Shown: positions 24,166 to 37,557 of the stretch, piece by piece
Layout: each line of letters opens with the position of its first letter
How positions within the stretch are numbered: position 1 is the first letter of the stretch
DNA from: Mobula hypostoma
Lineage: Eukaryota
Length of the DNA stretch: 64,000 nucleotides
Assembly (NCBI RefSeq): GCF_963921235.1
Contig: NC_086108.1
Coordinates: 57,042,001-57,106,000, forward strand
Direction of reading: 5' to 3'
The notes under the pieces: model-generated
The model's database searches: none
The model's input: the letters and a program-made list of their open reading frames with translations, nothing else
What the model was told of the DNA's origin: nothing
Program-made: the position numbers and the translations under genes

Positions 24166-25179
24166 TCCAGTAAATTTTCCCCTTCTTCATTTCTGCATTT
24201 TGGTCCACTCTTACCCCTTCTCCTCGCCTGCCTATCACATCCCCCTGGTGTCACTTCTCCTTCTCTTTCTCCCATCGTCTACTCTCCTTTCAGATTCCTT
24301 CTTCTCCATCCCTTTACCTTTTCCACTTACCTCCCAGCTTCTTACTTCATCCCCTCTCCCCCACCCACCTCGTTTAACTTATCACCTTCTAGCTTGTACT
24401 CTCCCCTTCCCCACCTTCTTATTCAAGTGTCTTCCCCCTTCCTTTCCAGGCCTGATAAATAGTCTTGGCCCGAAACATTGACTGTTTATTCCTATCCATA
24501 GATGTTGCCTGACCTGGTGAATTCCTCCAGCATTTTGTGTGTATTGCTGTAGAAGATGGTACAATATTGATGAGGCACAGACAGATATGTGGATAGAGAA
24601 GGTTTTGAGGGATATGGGCCAAAGACAAGCAAATGGGACTACCTCAGATTGACATCTTGGTTGGCATATATGAGTTAGTCTAACAAGGACATTTCTGTGC
24701 TGTATAGCTCTGATTCCGTGATATAGTTTGGAAGAGTTTCCAGTTATTACGTGCAAAGCAATTCAGTTAAATAAACAATAAAAGCTGACACCGAGCTATC
24801 TGACAGAAAAGACTTAATACAGTGAGCTGTCTTCAAATGCAACTGCTAGCCACTTAAGGTTTGTTTTGGAAAATGACAAGGCAATCTTTCAAGTGGACGC
24901 TGCCATGAACCAGCAGTAGTACGATCCCTGTTGAGAGAAAAACTTTGTGTATGAGCACATCTCTATTAATGTCATGGGAATCGATAAGAAACAAGAATTT
25001 GCATTACAAGAAGTAACAATACAGATAGTCTTTTAAGAATGCTGCACCTCTGTAATGCTGGAGCTACCTAACGTTTTCTGACCAAGTGGAACTCACAACA
25101 TACGAAGTAGGAGACGGTCTCTCGGTCCTTAAGTTTACCCAGTATATTCCTACTTCATAGGTTCCACCTTAAACATCAG

Positions 25180-27785
25180 AAACAAAAGAGATTCTGCAGA
25201 TGCTGGAATTCTACAGAAAAACACCAAATGTTGGAGGAACTCAGCCGGTCAAGGCAGCATCTAAGGAGAGGAATAAACAGTCAAGACGTTTTGGGCTCTA
25301 CCACTGATGCTGCCCTCACCCACAACTTCTCCATTTCCGAGACATCCACTTTCACCCCATCTTCCAAGCTACCATAACAGGGATAGAGTTCCCTCTGTCT
25401 TTACCTACCACACCACAAGCCTCTTACACTTTACACATCTTTCTGAAATCCCCACTCTCTGCTTTCCACAGGGATTGCACACTCTGACTCCCTTGTCCAC
25501 TTATCCCTTCTTGAATGATCTCCCTCCTGGCACTTATTCCTGCAAGCAGGACATGTGCGACACCTGGCCTTTCACCTCCTCCCTCACCACTATTTAGGGC
25601 CCCAAACAATCCTTGCAGGTGAGGCAACACTTCACCTAAAAGTGTGATAGGGTCATATAATGTATGTGGTGCTCCCAGTGTGACATCCTCTAAATCAGTT
25701 CATTGGACCACTTCATTTAGCACTACACAGGTGAATTTCTCAGTGGTGAACTACAGCTATGAAGAACCCTGCTGCACCTGATGACTCTGTGATCTCCACA
25801 TCAGAGGCCAATGTTAGGCTGTCTTTAAAGAGAGTGAAACCTCGCAAGGCAGAAGGTCCCGATGGAGTACCTGGTAAGGCTCTGAAAACCTGTGCCAACC
25901 AACTAGTGGGAGCATTCAAGGACATTTTCAAACTCTCATGCTATGGGTGGAACTTCCCACTTGCTTCAAAAAGGCAACAATTATACCAGTGCCTAATTAG
26001 AATAATATAAGCTGCCTTAATGACTATCGCCCGGTAGCACTCATATCAACAGTGATGAAATGCTTTGAGAAGTTAGTCATGACTAGACTGAACTCCAGCC
26101 TCAGCAAGGACCTGGACCCACTGCAACTTGCCTATCACCACAGTAGGTCAACAACAGATGCAATTTCAATGGCTCTCCACACGGCTTTAGACCACCTGGA
26201 CAACACAAATACCTACCCCAGGATGCTGTTCATTGACTATAGCTCAGCATTTAATACGATCATTCCCACAATCCTGACTGAGAAGTTGCAGAACCTAGGC
26301 CTCTGTACCTCCCTCTGCAATTGGATCCTTGAATTCCTAACCGGAAAACCACAGTCTGTGCGGATTGGTGACAACATATCCTCCTCGCTGACGGTCAACA
26401 CTGGCGCACCTCAGGGGTGTGTGCTTAGCCCTCTGCTCTACTCTCTATACACACATGACTGTGTGGCTAGGAATAGTTCAGATAGCATCTATAAATTTGC
26501 TGACGACACAACCATAGTTGGTAGAATCTCAGGTGGTGACAAGAGGGTGTAAAGGAGTGAGATATGCCAAGTAGTGGAGTGGTGCTGCAGCACAACCACT
26601 CAACGTCAGTAAGACTAAAGAGCTGATTGTGGACTTCAGGAAGGGCAAGACAAAGGAGCACATACCAATCCTCATAGAGGGATCAGAAGTGGAGAGAGTA
26701 AGCAGCTTCAAGTTCCTGGGTGTCAAGATCTGAGGATCTAACCTGGTCCCAACATATTGATGCAGTTATAAAGAAGGCAAGACAGTGGCTATACTTTATT
26801 AGGAGTTTGAAGAGATTTGGCATGTCAACAAATACACTCAAAAACTTCTATAGTTGTACCGTGGAGAGTATTCTGCCAGGCTGCATCATTGTCTGGTATG
26901 GAGGGGCTACTGCACAGGACTGAAAGGAGCTGCAGAAAGTTGTAAGTCCAGTCAGCTCCATCTTGGATACTACAAAGTACCCAGGACATCTTCAGGGAGC
27001 GATGTCTCAGAAAGGCAGCGTCCATTATTAAGGACCTTCAGCACCCTTTTCTCACTATTACCATCAGGTAGGAGGCACAGAAGCCTGAAGGCACACACTC
27101 TGCGATTCAGGAACAGCTTCTTCCCCTCCGCCATCCGATTCCTAAATGGACATTGCATCTTTAGACACTAACTCACTTTTTAAAATATACAACATTTCTG
27201 TTTTTGCACTTTAAAAAAAATCTATTCAATATACGTAATTGATTTACTTGTTTATTTATTATTTTTATTTTTTTTCTCTCGGCTAGATTATGGTATGTAT
27301 TGCATTGAACTGCTGCTGTTAAGTTAACAAATTTCACATCACTTGCCTGTGATAATAAACCTGATTCTGATCATCCATTTTAATTCTACTTCCTTTTCCC
27401 ATTCCAACTTGTTGGTCCATGGCCTCTACTACTGTCACAATGAGGATAGTCTAAGGTTAGAGGAGCACACCTCATATTCCATCTGGACAGCCTCCAACCT
27501 GATGGCATGAAGATCGATTTCACCCCCTCCCCTTCTCTTTTTTAAAAATTCTGGCTCCACCCCCATCCCTTCTCTTCTCCTTACTTGTCCATCACCTCGC
27601 TCTGGTGCCCCTCCTTTTTCCCTTTCTCCCAAGATCCACTCTAACTTCATTATTCTTCCCCCACTTTCTTATTCTGGCTTCTTTCCCCTTCCCTTGCAGT
27701 CCTGATGAAAGGTTTCAACTCTATTCTTCTCCACAGGTGGTCCCTGACCTGCTGAGTTCCTCTAGCATTCTGTGTGTGTTACCTT
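25180..27785 (+). mobile_element. Penelope-like element (GIY-YIG 3' part plus pLTR, with an inverted terminal piece at 25180-25297), interrupted by a LINE
   Basis: NRDRVPSVFTYH and HFT..GVI..WCSQC remnants at 25303-25730 resume at ~27372 with RLEE.HLIF.LDSLQPDGMKIDF. The pLTR tail is on plus at 27700-27785, and its reverse complement is at 25180-25297. Confidence 0.8.
25735..27371 (+). mobile_element. Rex1/Babar-type LINE (RT), 5'-truncated, nested in the Penelope-like element
   Basis: [55 protein letters not shown]. Tail aataaacctgattctga. Confidence 0.92.
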
Positions 27786-29039
27786 AAATAACAGTTTTCT
27801 TGTCCTAACCCTATTTCACATGATTCCATTGATATCCAAAGATCTATTGATCTGTTGTGACAGCAATTAATGGTTGAGCCTCCATAGCCCTCCAGGGGAA
27901 AAATGTTTAAAAGATGATTTCTCATCCTCTGAAGATGCTTTTTGGTTCATTCCTAAGTGCCCTTACCCTCATTTTCAGAATCTTACCTCTTGTTGTAGAC
28001 TTCATAGCTGGGGGAAAATATCATCTTCTCATCTGCTCTATTGAGCCCACTAAGAATTCACATTTATCTGTGACTGTGAAACCCCAAAGTTTCCTACAAA
28101 GTTTGTGTGTTTGGGTATCATTGGGCCAGATTAATTTCTAACCCTCAAAGGCTGTAGTATTTCCAGATGAAGCTTACAAACAGCATCTTAAAAGAACCCT
28201 AACTTTTAGGCATGTCAGCCAATGTAAATTATATTGGAGAAAATTTAAAATGTTAGCTTTCAAACTGAAAAGTATAGGAAGTAGAAGAACACAAAATAGT
28301 AATGGAAACAGTATAGAAAAAACAGACCTAATACCAATGTAGAAATCAAAATATACAAGAATCAAAAACTAAGCTTTTATTTTTGTAGTACAGTAACAGT
28401 GAAAAATTAGTTACCTTCACAGTCAGCCAAGGAGTAAAGAACTTTTTACTGGCTTGGAATCCTACAATATTATAATAAACCCAAGGCTTTTCTTCCTTCT
28501 CTTGTTAAAATAGTTATCTACACATATATTATATGATGTTAAAGAATTTAATTTATTTTTTAAACACATTCCACGACCCCCACTCCACCCAAATTGAAAA
28601 GGAGTTCTAAGAATAATGCTAGTACTGTATGAAAATTATGCCAGTGCTCTGGCATTTTTCCAAGTATGAAGTTAGTAATTCATAGTATGATTGGAATCTC
28701 AGCATGGGGAGAAAAAGGCACAAAGGCATGGAGGTTTGTAAGTGACTAAAATTGCCCAAGGAAAAGCTGCTGTAATGCACCAATGCTGTAAAACAGATAA
28801 GAGAATTTAAAGTTTTATGTCTGGCACATAAAGCAGGTTTTGCATATACACAGTTCTCGGCACTTCCAAAATCAATTACTGGAAGTGTTAAAACCCTTGG
28901 CATGTGAAAAAATAAATTACGGTTGAATTGCACATATTTTACACATTTTCAACAAATTATCCACAACATATACTTCAATCATTAAGAGAACATGCTGGCA
29001 ACAACTTAATACCAGTGTGCAATCAAACTGCACTAATGT

Positions 29040-30645
29040 GATTCCTTCCTCTCCAGCCCTTTACCTTTCCAATCCACCTGGCTTCATCTATTACCTTCCA
29101 GCTTTCCTCCTTCCTCACCTTTTTATTCTGGTGCCTTCCTCACTTCTGGAGTCAATTATAAAAGATGAAATAGCAGCACATTTGGATAGCAGTAACAGGA
29201 TCGGTCCGAGTCAGCATAGATTTACGAAGGGGAAATCATGCTCGACTAATCTTCTGGAATTTTTTGAGGATGTAACTATGAAAATGGACAAGGGAGAGCC
29301 AGTGGATGTAGTGTACCTGGACTTTCAGAAAGCTTCTGATAAGGTCCCACATAGGAGATTAGTGGGCAAAATTGGAGCACATGGTATTGGGGGTAGGGCA
29401 CTGACATGGATAGAAAATCGGTTGGCAGACAAGAAACAAAGAGTAGGGATTAACGGGTCCCTTTCAGAATGGCAGGCAGTGACTAGTGGGGTACCACAAG
29501 GCTTGGTGCTGGGATCGCAGCTATTTAAAATATACATTAATGATTTAGATGAAGGGATTAAACGTAACATTAGCAAATTTGCAGATGACACAAAGCTGGA
29601 TGTTATGAGAATGCATGGTAACTTGGACGGGTTGGGTGAGTGGGCAGATGCAGTTTAATGTGGATAAATGTGAGGTTATCCACTTTGGTGGCAAGAACAG
29701 GAAGGCAGATTACTATCTGAATGGTGTCAAGTTAGGAAAAGCAGAAGTATGAGATCTAGGTGTCTTTGCTTATCAGTCACTAAAGTAAGCATGCAGAACA
29801 GCAGGCAGTGAAGAAAGCTAATGGCATGTTGGCCTTCATAACAAGGGGAGTTGAGTATAGGAGCAAAGAGGTCCTTCTGCAGTTGTACGGGGCCCTGGTG
29901 AGACCACACCTGCAGTATTGTGTGCAGTTTTGGTCTCCAAATTTGAGGAAGGACATTCTTGCTATTGAGGGAGTGCAGCGTAGGTTCACAAGGCTAATTC
30001 CCAGGATGGCAGGACTGTCATGTGTTGAAAGATTGGAGCGACTGGGCTTGCATACTCTGGAATTTAGAAGGATGAGAGGGATTCTGATTGAAACATAAGA
30101 TTATTAAGGGATTGGACACGCTAGAGGCAGGAAACTATGTTCCCAATGTTGGGTGAGTCCAGCACCAGAGGCCACAGTTTAAGAATAAGGGGTAGGCCAT
30201 TTAGAATGGAGCTGAGGAAAAACTTTTTCACCCAGAGAGTTGTGGATCTGTGGAATGCTCTGCCTCAGAAGGCAGTGGAGGCCAATTCTCTGGATGCTTT
30301 CAAGAAAGAGTTAGATAGAGCTCTTAAAGATAGTGGAATCAAGGGATATGGGGAGAAGGCAGGAACAGGGTTCTGATTGTGGATGATCAGCTATGATCAC
30401 AGTGAGTGGCGGTGCTGGCTCCAAGGGCCAAATGGCCTACTCCTGCACCTATTGTCTATTGTCTCACCTTTTTATTCTGGTGTCTTCCCCTTTCCAGTCC
30501 TGAAGGGGGGTTGGGGGGGGGGGGTTCTCGGCTCGAAAAGTCAACTGTTTGTTCGTTTCCATGGATGCTGCTTGACCTGCTGAGTTCTCCCAGCATTTTG
30601 TTTGTGTTGCTTGGGACCTACAGCACCTACAGAATTTTTTGTGTT
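29040..30645 (+). mobile_element. Penelope-like pLTR fragment split by a CR1 insertion
   Basis: Pyrimidine-rich pLTR sequence at 29040-29140 continues at 30463-30645, including a hammerhead broken by a poly-G tract. Confidence 0.7.
29145..30462 (+). mobile_element. CR1 LINE, 5'-truncated RT portion
   Basis: [47 protein letters not shown]. Tail cctattgtctattgt. Flanked by a 26-bp duplication. Confidence 0.93.
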
Positions 30646-32638
30646 AATGATCAAGCTTGTTTTTGCAATCACACTATTTATATTGTATCTATTAATGCTG
30701 CTGTGGACCACTGGCTAAGTCCAGCATTTCCGAATAACCAGTCAACTCTCACCATAGAAATATTTTCTACTGAAATTGAAATAATATGTTTAAGATTCAA
30801 AACAAATTTCTTTGCTATTCTGAGTTACTATATATTTTTTAAATAAAGGAGAAGAATGAAAATCTGCCTGACACACAGAAATTTTGTGCCTGGTAAGTGC
30901 TATGAAGTGAGCCATCTACAATAAATTTGGTTCCAATATAAATTGAAGTAGCTAATTTCAAGATAGACACGGAGTAAACCAGTCTGCTGTATTTCTGACA
31001 TCAGGAATGGGGAGTATTGGGTAAGGTAATAAAGAAAAGTTATCAATTAAAGTTTTTCTTTTGGCAAGTATAATCTGCAACATTCACTTAAAAAAATTAT
31101 TTCATTACAGCAGGTAGCCAATACTTGGGATTCAAGAAAATGTTCCAAAGTATAACACTGTCTTAATCATATTTTAATTCTGTAAATAGAAAATAATTCA
31201 ATTTTGCCTTTTCCATTCGTTTCCTATTTAGCAAGAAATAATCCATTGTATGAAACTAGTAAACAATACCAATTATCAATGTATAAACTGGGTATGGGAT
31301 ACAGGTGGGAAGGGATTGTAACTGTGCCACCAGATCAGTCTGGCAGAAAGTTAAGTCAGGGTCAATATTTGAAGGAAATTCTAAAATTTCTCAAACTTCA
31401 TGTTGAAGTCAGAATAAGGTGCCATCCATCACCAAATTAAAGATTATTAATAATTACGTTCATTTCCTCCTTCCCCTTAAATTGTAACCTTGCTTGCATA
31501 CAATTGAAATGGAAAGACACACATTCCAGATTTATAATCTGACTGGAGGTATAATTACTAAAGAGTAAAGTACAAGTTTCGTTTTACCCCGTTTCCAAAA
31601 GCACAATATTACTTTGTTGAAACAAAGTTGGCCACTTAAACAATTCAACGCAATTAAATCTGGCATTTTCCTGCTTTGGCACATGTCTTCTAACTGGAAA
31701 ATGAACATCTTGGATCAAATGCTCTTCTGATTGGTTGGTTGGTGACAAAAGATTATTACGATTTGGCAATATGAACATGCCAGTAACCTGCAGTAGTTTT
31801 TCCCTTAGCACTCATTTGCTATGCAACAACAATGTGTAATTATAAAACACCTTTATGATAGTAAAATCTTCCAGAATGCTAAAATGGACCACAAGCAGGC
31901 ATAAATCCGCATTCAATCAAACATCAAGGTACTGTATATGCCTTCTTAGCGGTCAAAGAGGAATTTTTTTTAGTGTCACAGAATGGTTTAACATAAGGAA
32001 TTCCAAATCTTAAGGGACTGAGTTTGCTGAAAGATTAAGAGTAATAGTAGACCAAAGAAAATGGAAATTACTGAAGGTTTGTTGTGCTGCAGTTGGATAG
32101 AGATAGACTTGGAATAATCTGAACAAAGAGGGAGATGATGTAATGGTGGATGATACAACATAACTGAATGAGATTGAAATAATGGGTGAACAGCTCTTAC
32201 ACAGAAGTGTAAAAAAGACTTGATAAGATCAATTTCACAGCAGTTGGGAACTTGGAGGCAAGTCAGCAAATTGCAAAAAAATGGACAAGTATTTGAACAA
32301 TATGAAGGTATATTAAAAACACAATACACTACTACCATGGAGGCAATTTTTGTGATGCTGAGCATGTGATTAAATATCCAATCATTGTGAACAGAGTGGT
32401 TTCCTGTGGCCAGGAAAGAGAAAGTGCCCCAGAAACAAGTAATAAATGGCATTGGTTTTCCGAATACTTAATTGAGGGAGATTTCAACTATCACAGAACA
32501 GAATGTTACTGTGCAGACAAATACTTGTGCACATGACAATAAACTTGACTTTGACTTTGAATATTGTGCAAACAATCTGACAATGGGGGGGAATACACAG
32601 CACATGCTGCTTCAGAGGGCACAACCTTCCTTTTCTTA

Positions 32639-33897
32639 GGCTACGTCCACACTAGACCAGATAAATCTGTAACCAAAGTTTTTTCTCTTCGTTTTGACCC
32701 TCCGTCCACACTGAAACAGCGTTTTCCTCCCCTGAAAACGGAGCGTTTCAAAAATGTTCTCCAGAGTGAACAAATCTGAAAACGTCTAATAGCCAGTGCA
32801 GTAGTATGGGGAAACTGGCTCTTTTTAAAAACACTATCATGACGTGCCAGAACAGATGGTGGCGGCAGCGTGGCATTTCATTGTTTTCTTGAACGCAACC
32901 TCCAACACCACAACGACAATGGCAGACGGCTAGATACGTGTGTTGTTTAATTTATTGTCTACGTTAATTTCAACCCCCCACACAACCTAACAACTTCAGG
33001 ACAGACAGCAATGAGATTGAAGCCAGAAGAGTTAGAAATGTACTCACCAAATGCTCTGACCCATAACTTACTGAATATTGAATAATAGGTATACTCACTC
33101 TGCCCTGTTTTCTGTCCTTGCTTGTATGAAGGTGGTTTACCTATTTATGCAAGTACTTCTCTGACAATCTATGTGTAACAGCCTAATGTAACATTGTATG
33201 GAAATTCAAGATAACACTGATGCAGACATGTTTTATACATTTAACAAGGTGCTTTATTAATGTATTGCTTGTGCAAACATTCAACAGATGCAATTGTCAC
33301 TACTTCCAAAATGTTATTTTTAAGTAGTAGCTTATGTTTGGCATAGACGTGAAAATGTTAAGGCCGAAAAAGGAAAACTAAGTTTCACTTTTACTCAGGT
33401 AAAAATAAAATCACTTTTGCCCAGTAACTCGTTTAATTGCACGTTAAATACGCAAAATAATACAGAAGGACATGGCAAAAGGCAAACAAATGAGGCATCA
33501 GCAAATTTCGCTTTTGCCTCCATACGCTCCAGTATTTGTTTTTTTAGTTTTAAGTCCTCCTGCACCAGAGCCAACAGCTGTCCATCATTTGGCAATTTCC
33601 TCTTAAGTTTTTCTAGTAACTGGACAAATGCGCACCAAGTCTTTCGTGACGAGATTCGACACCAAACATGTCGCAGTCATCACCTGTTGCTTGGTCCAAA
33701 CTGTTGGAGTTGGGCGCACTCGTCGAAGCGGATGAATTCTGCAGATGTGTCGGGCACATGCCCAGTAGGAGGAGATTCGCCCAAATACCCGCTTTAATGT
33801 GGACGGGGGTATTTTCAAAAATGCCTGGTGTGGACGCTTATCATTTTTACACGAAACCAGTGTGTTCAAAATTATCCTGTTTAGGGTGGAAGTAGCC
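32639..33897 (-). mobile_element. PIF/Harbinger deletion derivative, copy 3
   Basis: TIRs ggctacgtccacactagacc / tttagggtggaagtagcc. Flanks TTA/TTG. Internal sequence is the reverse complement of parts of copy 2. Remnant LPNDGQLLALVQEDLKLKKQILERMEA. Confidence 0.85.
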
Positions 33898-35373
33898 TTG
33901 GAAAGCAAGGATTAATATGTTTGTATGTTTGGAGTAGATTACTGCTGTTAATGGTTTAGTTGAACAGCACTAAAGGAATTTAGAATGTAAGAATTTAAGG
34001 TACCAGTGTTAACTCACTAATACACAAATGCAGCAAGACCACAGTAAACATCAGCTTGTTTGAAAAATTTGGGTGAACTTCTAAATTACTGATTATAAAG
34101 ATACCACATCACTAATTCATCACAGCATAAAGTTATAAAGCAGTAGAAGGTTAATTATATCAACCTAAGGGAATGTTACATGAATGTCTTCAAGCTTCAT
34201 TATCAATATTTTAAGGGAGCCACTGAAATGGAATATTTATTCTGAGATTGGAAGTTTGTTAAACTTTCTTTTAAGCCTCAGACATTGATATTATTAAAAT
34301 AATATTGCATTCTTCTGAACATTTTCTTTAGATTGCCTCAATCTACCATTCACATACATGCACTCTGTTTCATTCAAAATATACTTCACCTGAAGTATTT
34401 GTGAACTTAAAGCTTTAAGAGGAAGCATAACCCTGTAGAAGAAATTACCATGCTCAAAAAATATCATGCAATAATTCTTGAAAGTATTTACAAATACAAA
34501 TGAACCAAATTATACAAGTCCAAGCTTAGCAGATATCGCAGAAATGTTCAACATAAAACTTTATATAGAACAAACATAATTGGGGGTTAAAACCCAAGCT
34601 AATTACAACTAATGGCTCAAAACAACACTGCTGTAAGAACTCAAGAAGGTCAAATAGCATCTATGGAGGGAAAGAATAAGTCGTTATTTTGGCTTGTGAC
34701 ACTGCATCAGGATCCTACTAGTGGCTCTTTACCAGCTTACAAAAAAAAACATTACTTGCTCCAAAAAAGAATACGGTGGATTCTGGCTAATTGGTGCAGC
34801 TGCTTATTTGAACAAAAAAACAACCAAGAAAATTGCTGGGATTATCCTTGTTTATTTGGGATACTATGCTGCTTAATTGGGGCAGAAGACTGTTGCTGAA
34901 CAGGTTGCAAATAACGTAAGTTGCACGCACTTGTATGGCTGTTAGATGCTGCACTGTGCTTACAGCTAAGTTTTAAAATAGCGTCATTTGCGTGTGTTTG
35001 TATTCAAAAGGCAGTGATTTTAGTCATTAATAGTTGGTGAGAAGTAAGCAGCAAGACAATTCAGAACTGTTTTGCTCACTGTGGTTCAAGAATTCAGTCT
35101 TGGAGTTGCCAGAAATGGCCAAAAGTGAAAATTAACCTGTTGGCCAGAAAGAACTACAGTCTGCAAATCAGTGAATTTGAAGGAATCAATGACAGAGGAA
35201 GCAAATGAACTAATGCCTACGTTCTTGTCATAAGGTAGGAGATGGAGGCTGCCATTGTATGAAGAGATTGAGTTCTCCATTTTGCAAGTCAGTCACTTGG
35301 CTTGATCAGTGTTTTAAAATAGACATAATGATGCCTCAGGTAATCTGCTAAACAAGGGATCATTTCCAAATAC

Positions 35374-37557
35374 GACAACTCTGGCAGGGTTTGCAAGACA
35401 TTACTTCCTATAAAACGAAGCCCAATAGCATGAATGACAGTGATGCTTCACTACCAGATTAATTCAACGACTTCTATGGCCACTTTGAAAGGGAGAATAT
35501 AACTACAGCTGTGAAGATCCCTGCTGCACCTGATGACCCTGTGATTTCTGCCTCAGAGGCCGATGTTACGTTGTCTTTAAAGAGAGTGAACCCTCGCAAG
35601 GTGGAAGGTCCCGATGGAGTATCTGGTAAGGCTCTGAAAACCTGTGCCAACCAGCTGGCGAGAGTATTCAAGGACATTTTCAACCTCTGACACTATGGGG
35701 AGAAACTCCCATTTGCTTCAAAAAGGCAGCAATTATACCAGTGCATAAGAATAATGTGAGCTGCCTTAATGACTATCGCCCAGTAGCACTCACATCAACA
35801 GTGATGAAATGCTTTGAGAAGTTAGTCATGACTAGACTGAACTCCAGCCTCAGCAAGGACCTGGACCCACTGCAATTTGCCTATCGCCACAATAGGTCAA
35901 CGGCAGACCAAATCTCAATGGCTTTCCACACAGCTTTAGACCACCTGGACAACACAAACACCTATGTCAGGATGCTGTTCATTGACTATAGCTCAGCATA
36001 ATACCATCATTCCCACAATCCTGACTGAGAAGTTGCAGAACCTGGGCCTCTGTACCTCCCTCTGCAATTGGATCCTCCACTTCCTAACCGGAAGACCACA
36101 GTCTGTGCGGATCAAAGATAACATCTCCTCCTCGCTGATGATCAACACTGGTGCACCTCAGGGGTGCGTGCTTAGCTCACTGCTCTACTCTCTATATACA
36201 GTGGCATGCAAAGGTTTGGGCACCCCTGTCAAAATTTCTGTTACTGTGAATAGTTAAAGTGAGTAGAAGATGAACTGATCTCCAAATGTCATAAAGTTAA
36301 AGATGAAACATTCTTTTCAACATTTTAAGCAAGATTAGTGTATTATTTTTGTTTTGTACAATTTTAGAGTGGGGAAAAAAAGGAAAGAAGCACCAAGCAA
36401 AAGTTTGGGCACCCCAAGAGATCTGAGCTGTCAGATAACTTTTACCAAGGTCTCAGACTTTAATTAGCTTGTTAGGGCTATGGCTTGTTCACAGTCAGGG
36501 TTAGGAAAGGCCAGGTGATGCAAATTTCAAAGGTTTATAAACACCCTGACTGCTCAAACCTTGTCCCAACAATCAGTGGCCATGGGCTCCTCTAAGCAGC
36601 TGCCTAGCACTCTGAAAATTAAAATAAATGATGCCCACAAAGCAGAAGGCTATAAGAAGATAGCAAAGCGTTTTCAGGTAGCCGTTTCCTCAGTTCGTAA
36701 TGTAATTAAGAAATGGCAGTTAACAGGAACGGTGGAGGTCAAGTTGAGGTCTGGAAGACCAAGATGCAGTTGGTGAGTAAGCTCTCAATGGTACAGCGGT
36801 AAATGTTGCGCCTTTTTGATCAGGATGGAGGAGTTCAGGGACCAGGTGAGATCCTCGGAAATGTGGACACCAAGGAATTTGAAGCTTGATACACGCTCCA
36901 CTACAGCTCCGTTAATGTAGATGGGGATGTGAGTGTGGCTCCTAGCATGTCTGAAGTCCACAATGATCTCCTTGGTCTTCTGGGTGTTAAGGGCCAGGTT
37001 GTCGTCGGCTCACCACGCAGCCAGGTGCTGAACCTCGTCCCTGTAGGTGCATCATCGACAGCATTCTGACAGGCTGCATCACTGTCTAGTATGGGGGGGG
37101 GGTGCTACACAGGACCGAAAGAAGCTGCACAGGGTTATAAATTTAGTTGGCTCCATCTTGGGTAATAGCCTACAAAGTACCCAGGACATCTTCAAAGAGC
37201 AGTGTCTCAGAAAGGCACTGTCCCTTATTAAGGACCTCTAGCACCCAGGGCATGCCCTTTTTTCACTGTTACCATCAGTAGGAGGTACAGAAGCCTGAAG
37301 ACACACACTCAGCGATTCAGGAACAGCTTCTTCCCTTCTGCCATCTGATTCCTAAATGGAGATTGAACCCTTAGATACTCCTCATTTTTTTAATATATTA
37401 TTTGTTTTTTGCATGATTTTTAATCTATTCAATATACATATACTGTAATTGATTTACTTATTTTTTTCTTCTTCTATGTTATGTATTGCATTGAACTGCT
37501 GCTGCTCAGTTAACAAATTTCATGACACATGCCGGTGATAACAAACCCGATTCTGAT
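35374..37557 (+). mobile_element. Rex1/Babar-type LINE, same subfamily as 25735-27371, interrupted at 36199-37046
   Basis: [43 protein letters not shown]. Its 3' part resumes at 37047 and ends acaaacccgattctga. Confidence 0.9.
36199..36762 (+). mobile_element. Tc1-like transposon, left half only
   Basis: TA|cagtggcatgcaaaggtttgggcacccc terminus, with an inner direct repeat aaagtttgggcacccc at ~36400. Paired-like HTH MGSSKQLPSTLKIKI...GYKKIAKRFQVAVSSVRNVIKKW...SGRPR. Confidence 0.9.

Noticed and set aside
31988..32452. 154-aa minus-strand ORF
   Set aside because: No recognisable domain or splice context. It probably overlaps a decayed LINE-like remnant.
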